Shown piece after piece: positions 1-11,534 of a stretch of 35,476 bases of DNA. A model generated the notes under the pieces. That model was not told the DNA's origin and did no database searches. It saw nothing but the letters and a program-made list of their open reading frames with translations. The stretch's first letter is position 1, and every line of letters starts with the position of its first letter. The stretch is from Thraustochytrium aureum (Eukaryota): positions 1-35,476 of the forward strand of contig BLSG01000381.1 of the NCBI GenBank assembly GCA_012862495.1, read 5' to 3'. Position numbers and translations under genes: made by a program.

Positions 1-1
1 T

Positions 2-1668
2 GCTCGCGGTAGCTGCTGGGCGGCTGCTGCGGCGGAGAGCGGGGCGCGGTCGGGCTGGGCTGCTGCGGAGGGCCTGGCGGAGGGCCTGGCGGAGGGCCTG
101 GCCGAGCACTTGGACGGCATGTGGCTCGCCCACGGCCAGACGCCGAGGCGGCCGCTCCAGTCGCTCGAGGCGCTGTACGAGGCGCAGCTTGCGAGTCTGG
201 GCGCGCAGAGGCGGAGGACTGATTACTGGATGCACCTGGTTGCGCGCGACTCGGGGTTGCCTGCCCTGGAGCTGTTGGACAGCCTGAGCGACCCGCTGCA
301 GGTGCTGAGCAAGCTCGAGGCCGTCGCGACGGCCGAGGAGAACGGCAACGGCGGCGCAAGGGCGGTGCATGTGCTGTGCGTCCTCGCCACGTATGTGGCG
401 TATTGCAACATGAAAAGGGTGCAGGAGGAGATGCAGAGTCAGGGCGGCCATCGCACGAGGAGGCCGAGCGTGACCGCTCTCGCTACGATGCAGCTTGCTG
501 GGGAAGCGAACAACTTGCTGGGCCAGCTGCCCCCGTCCGCGGCCGGGTTCGGGCTCGTCATCATCGAGTCCAACCTGCGCTACGCGCTGGAGGCCAACGC
601 GCGGGAGATTATGGCTGCGCTTGCCGGGCAGTCGGAGGACGGCACGTGCGCCCAGCTCAGCTACCTATGCGCTCTGCTGGACTCGCTGATGCGGCAGATC
701 AGGGTTGGGCAAGGCGACCTCGACCAGGACGCGATCATTCACGGGGTCAGCCGCATCCTCGTCCTGGCGCTTTACTGCCCCCTCGCCCTCACCACGCCAG
801 GTGCGCTCGAGGCGAGGCTGGATTGGAGCGCTGCAGATGAGGGGCGGCTGCTGTCTTCTGTGCTCGCGCAGTTCGGCTTCCCGCGACTCGAAGCGCTGCT
901 TTTCTGGCTCGCAGAGTGCTCGCACGAGTCGCTCGCGAATGCGGTCGAGGTGGAGGCCAGCGTGCCGCGGCACGAGGTGATCGTCATGCACAGCCCGTTC
1001 GTGTTGTNNNNNNNNNNNNNNNNNNNNNNNNNNNNNNNNNNNNNNNNNNNNNNNNNNNNNNNNNNNNNNNNNNNNNNNNNNNNNNNNNNNNNNNNNNNNN
1101 NNNNNNNNNNNNNNNNNNNNNNNNNNNNNNNNNNNNNNNNNNNNNNNNNNNNNNNNNNNNNNNNNNNNNNNNNTGTGGCGGCCGGCTGCAGCACCAGGAA
1201 CGGATTGTGGGTTCTCGACCAGCTGCGGCGGGCGCGGGTCTCGATCCTGGGCTTCTCGTCCTTGGCAGCCGCGAGCCTGACGAGCCGCTGTGGCAGAGCC
1301 CGGCCCTCGCCGCATCAGAGCAACCGGCGTCGTTGGCTGGCGCTGGCGATGGTGATGACGATGACGATGCCATTGATCCGGCAGAGCGGAGCGCGTTTCG
1401 AAGGCCGCTGCGCAGCCAGTTGAGTGCCCGCGGTGCGCCCGAGATAACGATTCGCATGATTGGTCCAGAGAAGCCATGGGGCGCCGTGTTCGCCAAGGCG
1501 ATACAACTTCACTCCAACCTCTGCAAAGAGCTCGAGGACGCCGTCAACATTTCCAAATTGCCTGCCGACCTCCGCCGCAGAATCGTTGAGATTGAGGCCG
1601 AGGCAGAGGCAGAGAAGCGGGCGGCAGAGGCCAGCGGCGACGATGCCGCAAGTCAGAACCCAGGTTAG
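2..1668 (+). CDS. Hypothetical alpha-helical protein, 5'-partial, interrupted by N-gap 1008-1173 and a probable -1 frameshift near 1262-1270
   Basis: Frame open from base 2 with protein-like composition (YWMHLVARD..., LSYLCALLDSLMRQ). After the gap GLWVLDQLRRARVSILGFSS continues in the same frame, then acidic EPDEPLWQ...DGDDDDDAIDP...ELEDAVNISKLP runs in another frame to TAG at 1666-1668. No family recognised. Confidence 0.6.
65..100 (+). repeat. 12-bp coding tandem repeat (GCGGAGGGCCTG)x3 encoding AEGL x3
   Basis: Three perfect copies visible. Confidence 0.9.
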
Positions 1669-2728
1669 CTTTCAGCGTTGTGCGGTTGGTTGGATAGAAT
1701 CGAGGAGAGAGGGGGTGCAGCACACACTCGCGGGCGCGCGGGAGTCAGCATTGGCTCAGCGACGGCGCGAGTCGATCACGCACGATACTCTCTACTACTG
1801 GCTGGTATCAAGGAGCTGGTATGCAGAGCGGAGTACTCGACTCGCTGGATGGTCGTGACAGCGATTGCGACCTGGCGGCACCGCTCGATGAAATTCACGA
1901 AAGTCGACGAGGTGCAGGGATCGGTTCTGAACTGAATTCAGACCGCGTTCTCCTTCCTCATCAGCAAGTGGTCGAGCCGACGTATGCAGGCAAAGGTCGA
2001 AGCGCAGCAAGAGCTCTCTCAGCTTTCTTCCTTCCGCCAACCCACCCCGCCGGCCGGCCGGCCGGCCCACCTCTGACAGCAACGAACGAACACCAACAAC
2101 GACAACAGCCCGTCCAGCCCGTTCGGCTAGCGCGCGCTTCTTTCACATTGCAGCACAAAAGCCGCGCCAGTTCGTGCAGTAAGTCAAACTCAAGACCCGC
2201 TTGCAAGTGTCAAGAGCGTGCGGAGACTTGAGTTTGTTTTTCGCGTGTTTTTGGTCAGTTTTCCAGGTTTTTGTCGTTTGTTTTTTTGCAATTTTCTGTT
2301 GTTCTTTCTTTCTGCCAGAGGCGCGATGGAGGCTGTGAGAGATGGAATGGAATCGAATAAAAGAGTCGTCCAGACCATCGAGTGCGGATACCCCCCCTGC
2401 GCGATGGTTTCGAACGCAGGGTTCCGCTCGCCCCACTTGGCACAACGCCGACGAGGGGAATATGGACCGTTTCAGCCGTTGAGGGCGAAACGGTTCGCCG
2501 GTCCAGCTGAGGGGATCCCACAACGGTCACATGGGGGGCAACACGCAAGTGCTGCGGCCCGCGCGCGCCGCCGCTGTTCTGCCTGGCTGGTGGAGCTGCG
2601 GCGCGCCGGCTCATCGTGCCAGAGAGAGGAGGGGGAGGGCGGTTGGTGGCCGGCCGGCCGTGCCGTCTCGAGGGCCCCTTGCCGCTTGGATGGCCGACCG
2701 CGAAGTAGCCCGACGCCGCCTTTGGCCT

Positions 2729-2785
2729 GCGACGACAGAGCGACGGCAGAGCGACGGCAGAGCGACGACAGAGCAACGACAGAGC
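2729..2785. repeat. 11-bp minisatellite (GCGACGRCAGA)x5
   Basis: gcgacgacaga gcgacggcaga gcgacggcaga gcgacgacaga gcaacgacaga gc. Confidence 0.85.
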
Positions 2786-5139
2786 ATGCCATCCCATCCA
2801 TCGGCCTGCAAGCGCGACGGGAGCAGCTCGTTGGCGCGGCACTGGCCGGCCGGTGCAAAGCGCGGTACTTGGCCAGGAAAGTACTCACTCTACTCCACCA
2901 GTCCTTGCTTACTTGCTGCCTTGCCTCCCGGTTACGTTGCCGAGCGAGCACCGCCACCCAGGCTGAGGACAGCGCAACAAGTCGTTGACTGCCCGCCCTC
3001 CCCCCAGAGCCCTCCTCTGCAAACGGTCCGTCACTGGCTGGCGCCATCGCGCGGGCGCTGGCACCGCTCGCTCGCTAGCAAGAGCGAGCTTCCTGCCGCA
3101 AGCTCTCTCCAGCTAGCTCGAGCTCGGCCTGGCAAGAGAGCGCCCGCCTCTCCGTCCGCACTGGCGGCTCCACGGGCAGGAAGACAGACGGACAGATCAA
3201 GCCACAAATGGCAGAATCTGACTGATCGCGCGGGATCGACGACCAAAAACGACGAGCGCGTCCCTCCGCTTTCCGGCCGAGCCGTTCGCCTTTTTCCGGC
3301 GGGCCAGCACTGCAACCGCTCTCCTGCATGCAACCTCCGAGTCCTTTGCTCTTTTTGTTTCCTTCGAGCCTTCGAGCCGCCCTCTCCAGAACAGAACAGA
3401 CTCCTTCCGTGTCACGGTCGCGCAGAGCGGCGGGTCCTCCTCTCTTCCTGCGTTTCCTTCGCTTCCTGCGTTTCCCGAGTCCACGTTCGCCTCTCGCGTT
3501 TCCTTCGCAGGGCCCGACAACGACACTGGCGCAAGGCCTGCTCTGCTCCCGTCTCCGCTGTGCGCCGAATTCAACTCGCCGGACAGAGCGCAGGCAGCAC
3601 CGGAGGAGCGGCTTCGCTCCGTTGGTGGCCCCCCGATGGTGCTGGCTGCGAGGAGGGCGGCGCTTCAGCGCGCTGCCGCGAGGAGGTCGACTCGACCGCT
3701 CCCTCTGGTGCAGCTCGGGGCAAGGAAAACAAAACGGAAGCAGCTGCGAGAGGAAGGCGGCGGCAGGCCACTCGATTACTTACCTACTCTACCCTCTACA
3801 TCGACATCTCCAGCCGTCGAGCCAGGCCGCGCTCGCCCCTCGATACGCCGTCTCGGCCTCGGCGCCAGCGAGTCTCGAAGCGACTGGCGCCGCGCCGATC
3901 GTTCGCCAGCCGAGGTGCAGAGAAGAGGGCGGGCGACCCGAAACCAAAGCGTGGAGCCACTGGCAGCGACTGCGCGTTCAAGACAGGCAGTGCACTGGAC
4001 GCGAGTCCTGCGCGTCCAGTGCCTCAAGAGTAGAGAACTGCAGCAGGCTTGAGAGGTGCCAGTGGCCGCAGCGGATTGACGCCGGCCGACAGAACAGATC
4101 CTCCAGTGCGCCTTCGCTCTGTTCGCTGAGCCTTGAATGCATCATTGGATCCAGCTTCGGTACGAAATCGCGGTCAGAGACGGGAAGGAAGAAGGAGGAC
4201 GCGACGGGCTGATTCGAGTCGTTGCTGAGCAAGTGCGTACCGCCCGCGAGGGCGGGCGGCCGCGCGGGGCTGCTGGCCTCTCTGCAAGCTTCCGCGGGAG
4301 GGCGGACGAGCGAGCGGGCGTCGGCGCCGCACGCGCGAGCGCTTCGGATCATGCTCTGTGCGAGCGAGCGGCCGCAAGACTTGACGCGCTCGAGCGGGTG
4401 CTCGTGGCGTTCCGCGCTCGCTCGGGCTGTACTCTGCCACTGAGGTTTCCCGCATGCATGCAGGCAAGCCTCTGAACTACTGTACTAGGTAAGTAGAGAT
4501 GCATCCACGCATGATGTACCTCCCGCCCTCCTCTCAGCGCGCTTTCGGGTCTGGGCCTCTGCACACAGTGGGTCAGTCAGTGCCTGGCCGGCGCTCTTGA
4601 CCGCCACTGTGCTGTCGTGAAAGGGGCGCTTTCGCTTGCATTTTNNNNNNNNNNNNNNNNNNNNNNNNNNNNNNNNNNNNNNNNNNNNNNNNNNNNNNNN
4701 NNNNNNNNNNNNNNNNNNNNNNNNNNNNNNNNNNNNNNNNNNNNNNNNNNNNNNNNNNNNNNNNNNNNNNNNNNNNNNNNNNNNNNNNNNNNNNNNNNNN
4801 NNNNNNNNNNNNNNNNNNNNNNNNNNNNNNNNNNNNNNNNNNNNNNNNNNNNNNNNNNNNNNNNNNNNNNNNNNNNNNNNNNNNNNNNNNNNNNNNNNNN
4901 NNNNNNNNNNNNNNNNNNNNNNNNNNNNNNNNNNNNNNNNNNNNNNNNNNNNNNNNNNNNNNNNNNNNNNNNNNNNNTCCTCGCCCACTGGCACTGCTCT
5001 CGCAGTTGCGAGATCGCGCCTGCCGACGCAGCGGCGCGGCTGCTGTCGCTCGTTCGGTGGCGCTTCTCGAGCGTTCGCTTGCTCGGCTGCCTGGCCCGGC
5101 TGGCTCGCTGCGGCGGAGAGCGAGGCGGGCGCGGTGGCT

Positions 5140-5171
5140 GCCTGCGTGCCTGCGTGCCTGCGTGCCTGCGT
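5140..5171. repeat. (GCCTGCGT)x4 microsatellite
   Basis: Four perfect 8-bp units. Confidence 0.9.
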
Positions 5172-7399
5172 CCCTCCTTCCTTGCGCAGGAGATTTCGCT
5201 CGATGCGGCGCGTGTGGGTGAGACAGAATCTCTCTTTCAAGAGGACGCCTCCGTTCTTCGAAGCGCGCTGTGTTCACGAGCGACGTGAGAGTGGGCTGCG
5301 GTCTTTGCCAGCTCCTGCTGAGACGCTGGACGACTCGGAGCTTGCGCTTGCTGACTTTGTCCATCGGACAGTCTCAGACAGTCTGTCTGTCGGTCGGAAT
5401 CCACATGCAAGTCTGAAAGGAACGTTGCCCGCGCCGGTTGCGGCTCGAGTTGGCTTTGCTGCCAGTGGTGGGAGAGTGGCCCGCTGCGGCTCGCTGAGCC
5501 CTCGGCTTGTGGAGAACTTGCTCAGCCAGGCTTTCTTGAGGAGCACTTTTTGCTGTTGCGCGCGAATGCACCGCACTGCCACGGCGACTCCTCCAGCCGA
5601 GCGACCAGGCGTGCATTCGAACGCGCCTCACGGGAAGGCGGGAATTGCACGCTAGTGAGTAGTGGTACCCACTGGCAGCGATAAGTCGCACATACTTTGG
5701 GAGCTCCGAGAGGGTTGGTCTGGGTTCGCAATTGTCGTGCAATAACCCCGCCGGAAGTGAGCGGCAAGCCGAGTAGGGTGTCACGCGTGACACACGCCTG
5801 CCGCTCTTCGCGAGCGAGCCAACGACCACTCGCCGCCCTGCCCCTTGCAACGCCGAGCAGCAGCCAGTTCAGCTCGCTCGCAGCTCTGGATCTATGTCCC
5901 CACGCCGAGGGAAACAAACTGGGCAACTCGAAGCGCTTCATCACTGAATCATCAGACAGCGCCTTGCGCGGGGGTAATCGAAAAAACGGAAGGACAGGCG
6001 CAAGACAGGCGCATCCGCTTGAGCAGGAGCCGGGGAGTACTCTGCTCAGGTCTCGAGCTAGCTTGAGCTTGAAGCGAAAGCAAGAGCAGCAAGTTGGCGC
6101 ACTGCCCCTGCGACGCAAGGCCGCGAGGAGACGCCGCGAAAGGTCGACGAGTCGCTTGTGGCTGTCACGCAGTCGAACGGCAGCGGAAGCAAGCAATCAG
6201 TCGTTGAGGATCCGACAAGCTCTCACGCTTTGCAGACTTGCGCCAAGTATCGATCGAGTGCATGCATGCTGTATCGGCTGCGCCCGCTCGCCTGACGCGG
6301 GCGCCCGACCTGGCCAGCAAGCGCGCCTTGCCCGCCCGCCCATCGACACCGAGCAGTTGGGCCGAGCAGGGACCTTTTCCCTTCTCTTTGTTTGGACTTT
6401 CTGCCGTCAGTCAGTGCCTCGAGGGTTGGCGCCGCGCCTCGTTCGTCGAAAAGGCGCGGCGTTGGAGCTGTGCCAACTTGGCACGAACTTGAACGCGAGC
6501 AACAGGCCAAACAATGTACAAATTCGTCACCACCCGCCGGCCGCGCGGCGCAGCTCGCTACAGAGGGGGTCGCGAGCCTGTGTGGCGCACATTCAGCAGT
6601 GCTGGCACTGCTGGCGACAACGACTGGAGGCACACGAGCTCACTCCCCTCCAACACCATCTGGCACTGGGTAGAACAAGCTCGGTCCTCGTCTCACGCAC
6701 GTCTGTTCCTGTATGTACATTTGCAAGGCGACAGGTCAGAGGAGCCCTGTGCCTTGCGGAATGTGAGCCCTGTGGGAGACTCTGAATACGACCTCGTGAG
6801 AGGACACCTCAGCGGCAAACACTCCCTCTTGCGCCCTCTCAACCATCTCGCAACGTGTCCGGACGCCTGTGGTGGTCCACCGAGCCGCCGCACACGGCAG
6901 CCATCGGCGCCTGAATCCTCAGATCAGTTCTGAAATCGCGCGCTGCCAGTGACGGCCGCCCGGCGCGCTAACTGCTCCTGGACTCTGCAGCCCCGCCTGG
7001 CGCAAGTACAACGTAGCGCTACGTTTCCTTCTCGGTAAAGCAATTCCACGAAACACGCCACAACGCCCGCGTCGCAGGTCTGCAGGCAAGCAGGCAAGCG
7101 GGCCGGCAGGCACAGGAGCTGCCAGCGCTCCAGCGCCGCGTGTCGCTCGCTGGCAGCTCCTGCCCGCCTGCGAGCCTGCCAGCCTGCCAGTCGCCGTCGT
7201 TGATGTTGGCCGTGGAGGCGCTCTGGCGCTCTGCGCAGCTGGCTCAAGACTCCCAAGAGGCGCGGGAAGAGGCAGGAAGCGAACGAAACAAAAAGCAAGA
7301 AAGACAGCCTGCCTGCCCGCCTCTCTGCAACCGAGGGAGGGCGGCAGAGCAAGCAAGTCAAGTCGAGTAGAGTACTCTACTCTACTCTAGTACCTATGG

Positions 7400-7713
7400 C
7401 GGAGAAGAAAAAGAAAGAAAGAAGGAAGGCAGGAAGGAAGGAGNNNNNNNNNNNNNNNNNNNNNNNNNNNNNNNNNNNNNNNNNNNNNNNNNNNNNNNNN
7501 NNNNNNNNNNNNNNNNNNNNNNNNNNNNNNNNNNNNNNNNNNNNNNNNNNNNNNNNNNNNNNNNNNNNNNNNNNNNNNNNNNNNNNNNNNNNNNNNNNNN
7601 NNNNNNNNNNNNNNNNNNNNNNNNNNNNNNNNNNNNNNNNNNNNNNNNNNNNNNNNNNNNNNNNNNNNNNNAGAAGGAGGGAGAGAAGGAGGGAAGGAGA
7701 GAGAGGGAGGGAA
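7400..7713. repeat. Purine-rich (GA/GAAG/GGA) low-complexity tract spanning N-gap 7444-7671
   Basis: Both gap flanks are almost pure A/G. Confidence 0.7.
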
Positions 7714-8421
7714 GGCTCCGACAACCGTGACAGGCAGGAACGCACTAGTAGGCGGGCGGGCAGCAGGCGGGGCCAGGAAGGCGGCGGCAAACAAAGGAGC
7801 GCACAAAGCGCCGACAGAGGGCGCTGAGAGGGCGCCGTGAGGAGGCCAGAGGCGCTGAGAGGGGTTGTCAGGGACGCGAGTGTTGTGAGCGAGAGCCCTG
7901 CTGTTTCCTGTTGGCGGCGCTGTTTTGTTCGAGGTACTAACTCTACTTACCTACTCGCCGAGCGAGCAGACCATCCTGCAGGCAGTCACCACCGAGCACA
8001 AGAGAGCGACCTGCGACCGCGAGGCCAGCGACGAGCACCGCCAGGGAAAGCAACAGCCGCAAGAGCACGAGCAGCACGACCAGGGGCGGAGCAAGCAGCA
8101 GGGCGCGAGCTGAGCCTGGCTGGCTCGTGGACGTGGATCTGCAAGCAACAAGCAAGCCAAGCAAGCAGGCCAACAAGGCCGCCAGCTCCTTTTCCTCGCG
8201 AAGCGCAGCAGGAAAATACCCTACGCGCAGGCTCTGGCCCGCGGCGCAAGCCCAAGACCAGGGCTGTACTGCCGCGCAAGAAAGGAGGCGGGCGAACGAG
8301 GCGCCGGCGAGCGGATTGGTCAATCGATCGATTCATCCATCTGCCTCGCCTGCAGTCTTGTTTGCACCGAACAGAGCCGTGAACAGAAGGAACCTTCGTG
8401 GCGTGCGCCTCCACCACCATC

Positions 8422-8691
8422 ATGGTGCAATTCTTGGACGACGTCAAGGTTACCACGTACGAACTAACGGAAGAGGAGCGCCGCATCAAGAAGCACGCCG
8501 TGTTGCAGCTCAGGTACGCGATGCAGCTCCGCAAGAACATGCGCAAGGAGGAGCTCGTCAAGATGAAGAAGGCAGCGGCGCACCGGCCCGAGCTGGCCCC
8601 GCGCAAGCGCAGCATCTTGCCGCCGCACTGGGCGCAAAAGCGCGGCATGCGCCGAAAGATGCTCACCTGGTCTGCGCTCACGCGCGCCTGA
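8422..8691 (+). CDS. Small basic hypothetical protein (89 aa, MVQFLDDVKVTTYELTEEERRIKK...)
   Basis: ATG in good context (accatcATGG), strongly GC3-biased codons (AAG, GAG, CGC), about 450 nt of ATG-free A/C-rich upstream sequence resembling a 5'UTR. Confidence 0.7.
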   Translation: MVQFLDDVKVTTYELTEEERRIKKHAVLQLRYAMQLRKNMRKEELVKMKKAAAHRPELAPRKRSILPPHWAQKRGMRRKMLTWSALTRA

Positions 8692-9599
8692 GCGCTGGGC
8701 GCGCGGTCGCAACCCACGCCCGCGCGCCCAGCCGGCCCGGAACGCGACCTTCGCTTGTAGCGAGGGTGGCCTTGCCGGTCTGCTGCGGCCCGGGCGACTG
8801 CGGCGCGAGCTTGTGCACGGCGGCTCTTGCGAGCCTCTGCCAGCCTCGCAACCCGCCTCGCTTTCTGCCTGCCTGTTTATTTCCGCCCCTCTCGTCCTCT
8901 GACGGCTCAGCCAGNNNNNNNNNNNNNNNNNNNNNNNNNNNNNNNNNNNNNNNNNNNNNNNNNNNNNNNNNNNNNNNNNNNNNNNNNNNNNNNNNNNNNN
9001 NNNNNNNNNNNNNNNNNNNNNNNNNNNNNNNNNNNNNNNNNNNNNNNNNNNNNNNNNNNNNNNNNNNNNNNNNNNNNNNNNNNNNNNNNNNNNNNNNNNN
9101 NNNNNNNNNNNNNNNNNNNNNNNNNNNNNNNNNNNNNNNNNNNNNNNNNNNNNNNNNNNNNNNNNNNNNNNNNNNNNNNNNNNNNNNNNNNNNNNNNNNN
9201 NNNNNNNNNNNNNNNNNNNNNNNNNNNNNNNNNNNNNNNNNNNNNNNNNNNNNNNNNNNNNNNNNNNNNNNNNNNNNNNNNNNNNNNNNNNNNNNNNNNN
9301 NNNNNNNNNNNNNNNNNNNNNNNNNNNNNNNNNNNNNNNNNNNNNNNNNNNNNNNNNNNNNNNNNNNNNNNNNNNNNNNNNNNNNNNNNNNNNNNNNNNN
9401 NNNNNNNNNNNNNNNNNNNNNNNNNNNNNNNNNNNNNNNNNNNNNNNNNNNNNNNNNNNNNNNNNNNNNNNNNNNNNNNNNNNNNNNNNNNNNNNNNNNN
9501 NNNNNNNNNNNNNNNNNNNNNNNNNNNNNNNNNNNNNNNNNNNNNNNNNNNNNNNNNNNNNNNNNNNNNNNNNNNNNNNNNNNNNNNNNNNNNNNNNNN

Positions 9600-10048
9600 G
9601 CCTTGCTTGGCGGGTACATGCTGTACTCGGGCTCGTCGCCCATGTTGCCTTTTCCCATCTCGGCCATGACCGCCTCTTTCAGCTCTGCCTTGGCCTCGCC
9701 GACAACCACGTAGACGTGCCACGGCTGCGTGTTGCCGCCAGACCTGCGCCACAGGCGCGACCGGAGTCAGCGCGTCGATCCTCAAGCAAGCGCCTAGCAG
9801 GTGCACAGGCCAAACCGAGAGCAACAGGCGCAAACGCCGCGCAAACAAGCAAGCAAACGCCGCGCAAACAAGCAAGCAAACGCCACGCAAACAAGCAAGC
9901 AAGCAAGCAAGCAAGCAACGAATACGTACGGGGCTCTCGCAGCTCGCTCCACAAGGCTCAGCACTGTCTCCAGCGGCACTTGCTCTTGCGTAAACTCCCG
10001 CACGGAGTTTCGCGAGTCCACAATCATGTTGACCGCCTCGCTCGCCAT
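9600..10048 (-). CDS. Nitroreductase-family flavoprotein (FMN-dependent); two exons seen (10048-9930, 9743-9600), 3' part in N-gap; possible upstream in-frame start at 10177
   Basis: Spliced translation MASEAVNMIVDSRNSVREFTQEQVPLETVLSLVERAARAP|SGGNTQPWHVYVVVGEAKAELKEAV...EPEYSMYPP carries the RxSxR-F and APSxxNxQPW nitroreductase motifs. Confidence 0.9.
9744..9929 (-). other. Spliceosomal intron (186 nt, phase 2) in nitroreductase
   Basis: GTACGT donor, CTGAC branch-like site, GCGCAG acceptor; removal restores the AP-SGGNTQPW motif in frame. Confidence 0.9.
9830..9918. repeat. Intronic 23-bp tandem repeat x3 followed by (GCAA)n
   Basis: caaacgccgcgcaaacaagcaag repeated, ending in a run of GCAA units. 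Confidence 0.85.
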
Positions 10049-11534
10049 CGTGTTTGCAAGGCCTTGCTGCCGCCCTCCGCCCTCCCGCCGCGCCCAGACT
10101 CGTGCGCTTCCTGCCTTTGCCTGTCTGCTCGAGGCGCTCGGCGCTGCTCTTCGTAGGGCTGCCGCAGTCCGCCACATCTCGTTCCGCCCTATCGCCAAGG
10201 TCTTCTGCCTCAGTTTGGGCCTTGTTCGTGAAGGGACGCTCGCCGACCCTGCCGATCATTCCAAAGTTCTTTGATCTTGCATCCGTGCGTCCGGTGCCGA
10301 GCATGATGCGCGGAACAAACCTGTTTTACCAACTGCGACAGGCAGCCGGCCAGTGGAGCTGGAGGAGCCGGCCAGCCAGCCAGTGGTCGAGTTCTCGACG
10401 ACCGGCAGGCGCGATTCATCTCCTCACTCCACATACATAGCCAGAAATACACCAGCAGAAGAAACGCGGCCGCCAAAACGTTAGGCCCGAGACTGGAGGC
10501 AAAGCAGCCCGAAACGAAACACATAGAGAGGTCCTACTACCGCCGCCTGCGAGTGGGAAGGAGCCAAGCAGAGTACTAGTACCTATACCCGAAGTATCGG
10601 CCCACTACCTTCCTCTAGAGGCGACTCCATTTTTGGCCCAGACTCCAGAGCGCGCCTTTTTCTTCTTTTTTCTTCTTTTTTCTATTTTTTTTCGTTGGTT
10701 TTTCGCCCCTCAAAATGGTCTCCTCAACGCGCTCGCACTCTTGACCAGTGACATGCCAGTCCATCCATCCTCGATCACGTCAACGCACATCTTCGCCAAA
10801 AGGCGAGGCAACTGTCGGCCAAGGCGAGCGCAGGCTGCGCTGGGCTCTCGGCCGCTGCAGGTTTTTTTGGTGCAGAGCAAGGAGGGCCCGTTCGAAACGG
10901 CGAGCGCATGATGGTGGAGGCGAAAAGCGTCTGGGGCGCATACACACCGGGGCGGAGAACGCTGGCCGCCAACGACGAGACCGCAACGCTTCTTGGTCGC
11001 AGCTGGCGCGGTTTGTCCTTGCGGTTCGCTGTTTGACGTTTTCCGCTGGAAAGATGCAGCGACTGCGCGCTTTGATTCTTTCTGGTGCTGTGCTGGACAG
11101 CAAGCTCTGCTTCCGTTTCGAGTCCGTTCGTGTCGCCGTGTCGGTATGCAGAGCTCAACGGCCACATCGAAAAACACCACGCCGTCACCGACAATGCACT
11201 GCCGCAGCCAACCGCTAGCAGGGTGCCGGCTTTCCGCGCCACGCACGCGATGCGCTCCGGTGACTTGTGGCGGGAACCGCCGCTGTGGAGGCATTGGTTT
11301 TGCTTCTGCTTTTCGAGTCGCCAACTGCAGCGAATTGGAGAAGGCAGCGGTAAATCAACGAAACGGCCGCCCGAAGGCTGGGCATCTCTCCGCGCGGCAG
11401 GCGCATTGCGCTGCTAGGGCCGGAACCGCAATCAACATGGATGTAGTGAACGCACGCGCCCTCCTCTACGCGCTCGACACGCACGCCGAGCTCGACCCCA
11501 TTGTATAAAATTCGAAAAAACAAAAAATCGAGAG

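Noticed and set aside
5651..5735. tRNA-like A-box (TAGTGGTA) and B-box (GGTTCG)
   Set aside because: No acceptor or T-arm pairing and no cloverleaf could be built.
2218..7361. Many long six-frame ORFs (e.g. 2531-4033, 5697-6785, 6514-6933)
   Set aside because: Arg/Ala/Pro/Ser-rich translations typical of stop-poor GC-rich non-coding DNA; no motifs or evident codon bias.
8127..9713. Very long ORFs spanning N-gaps
   Set aside because: Length is an artefact of X translation through gaps.
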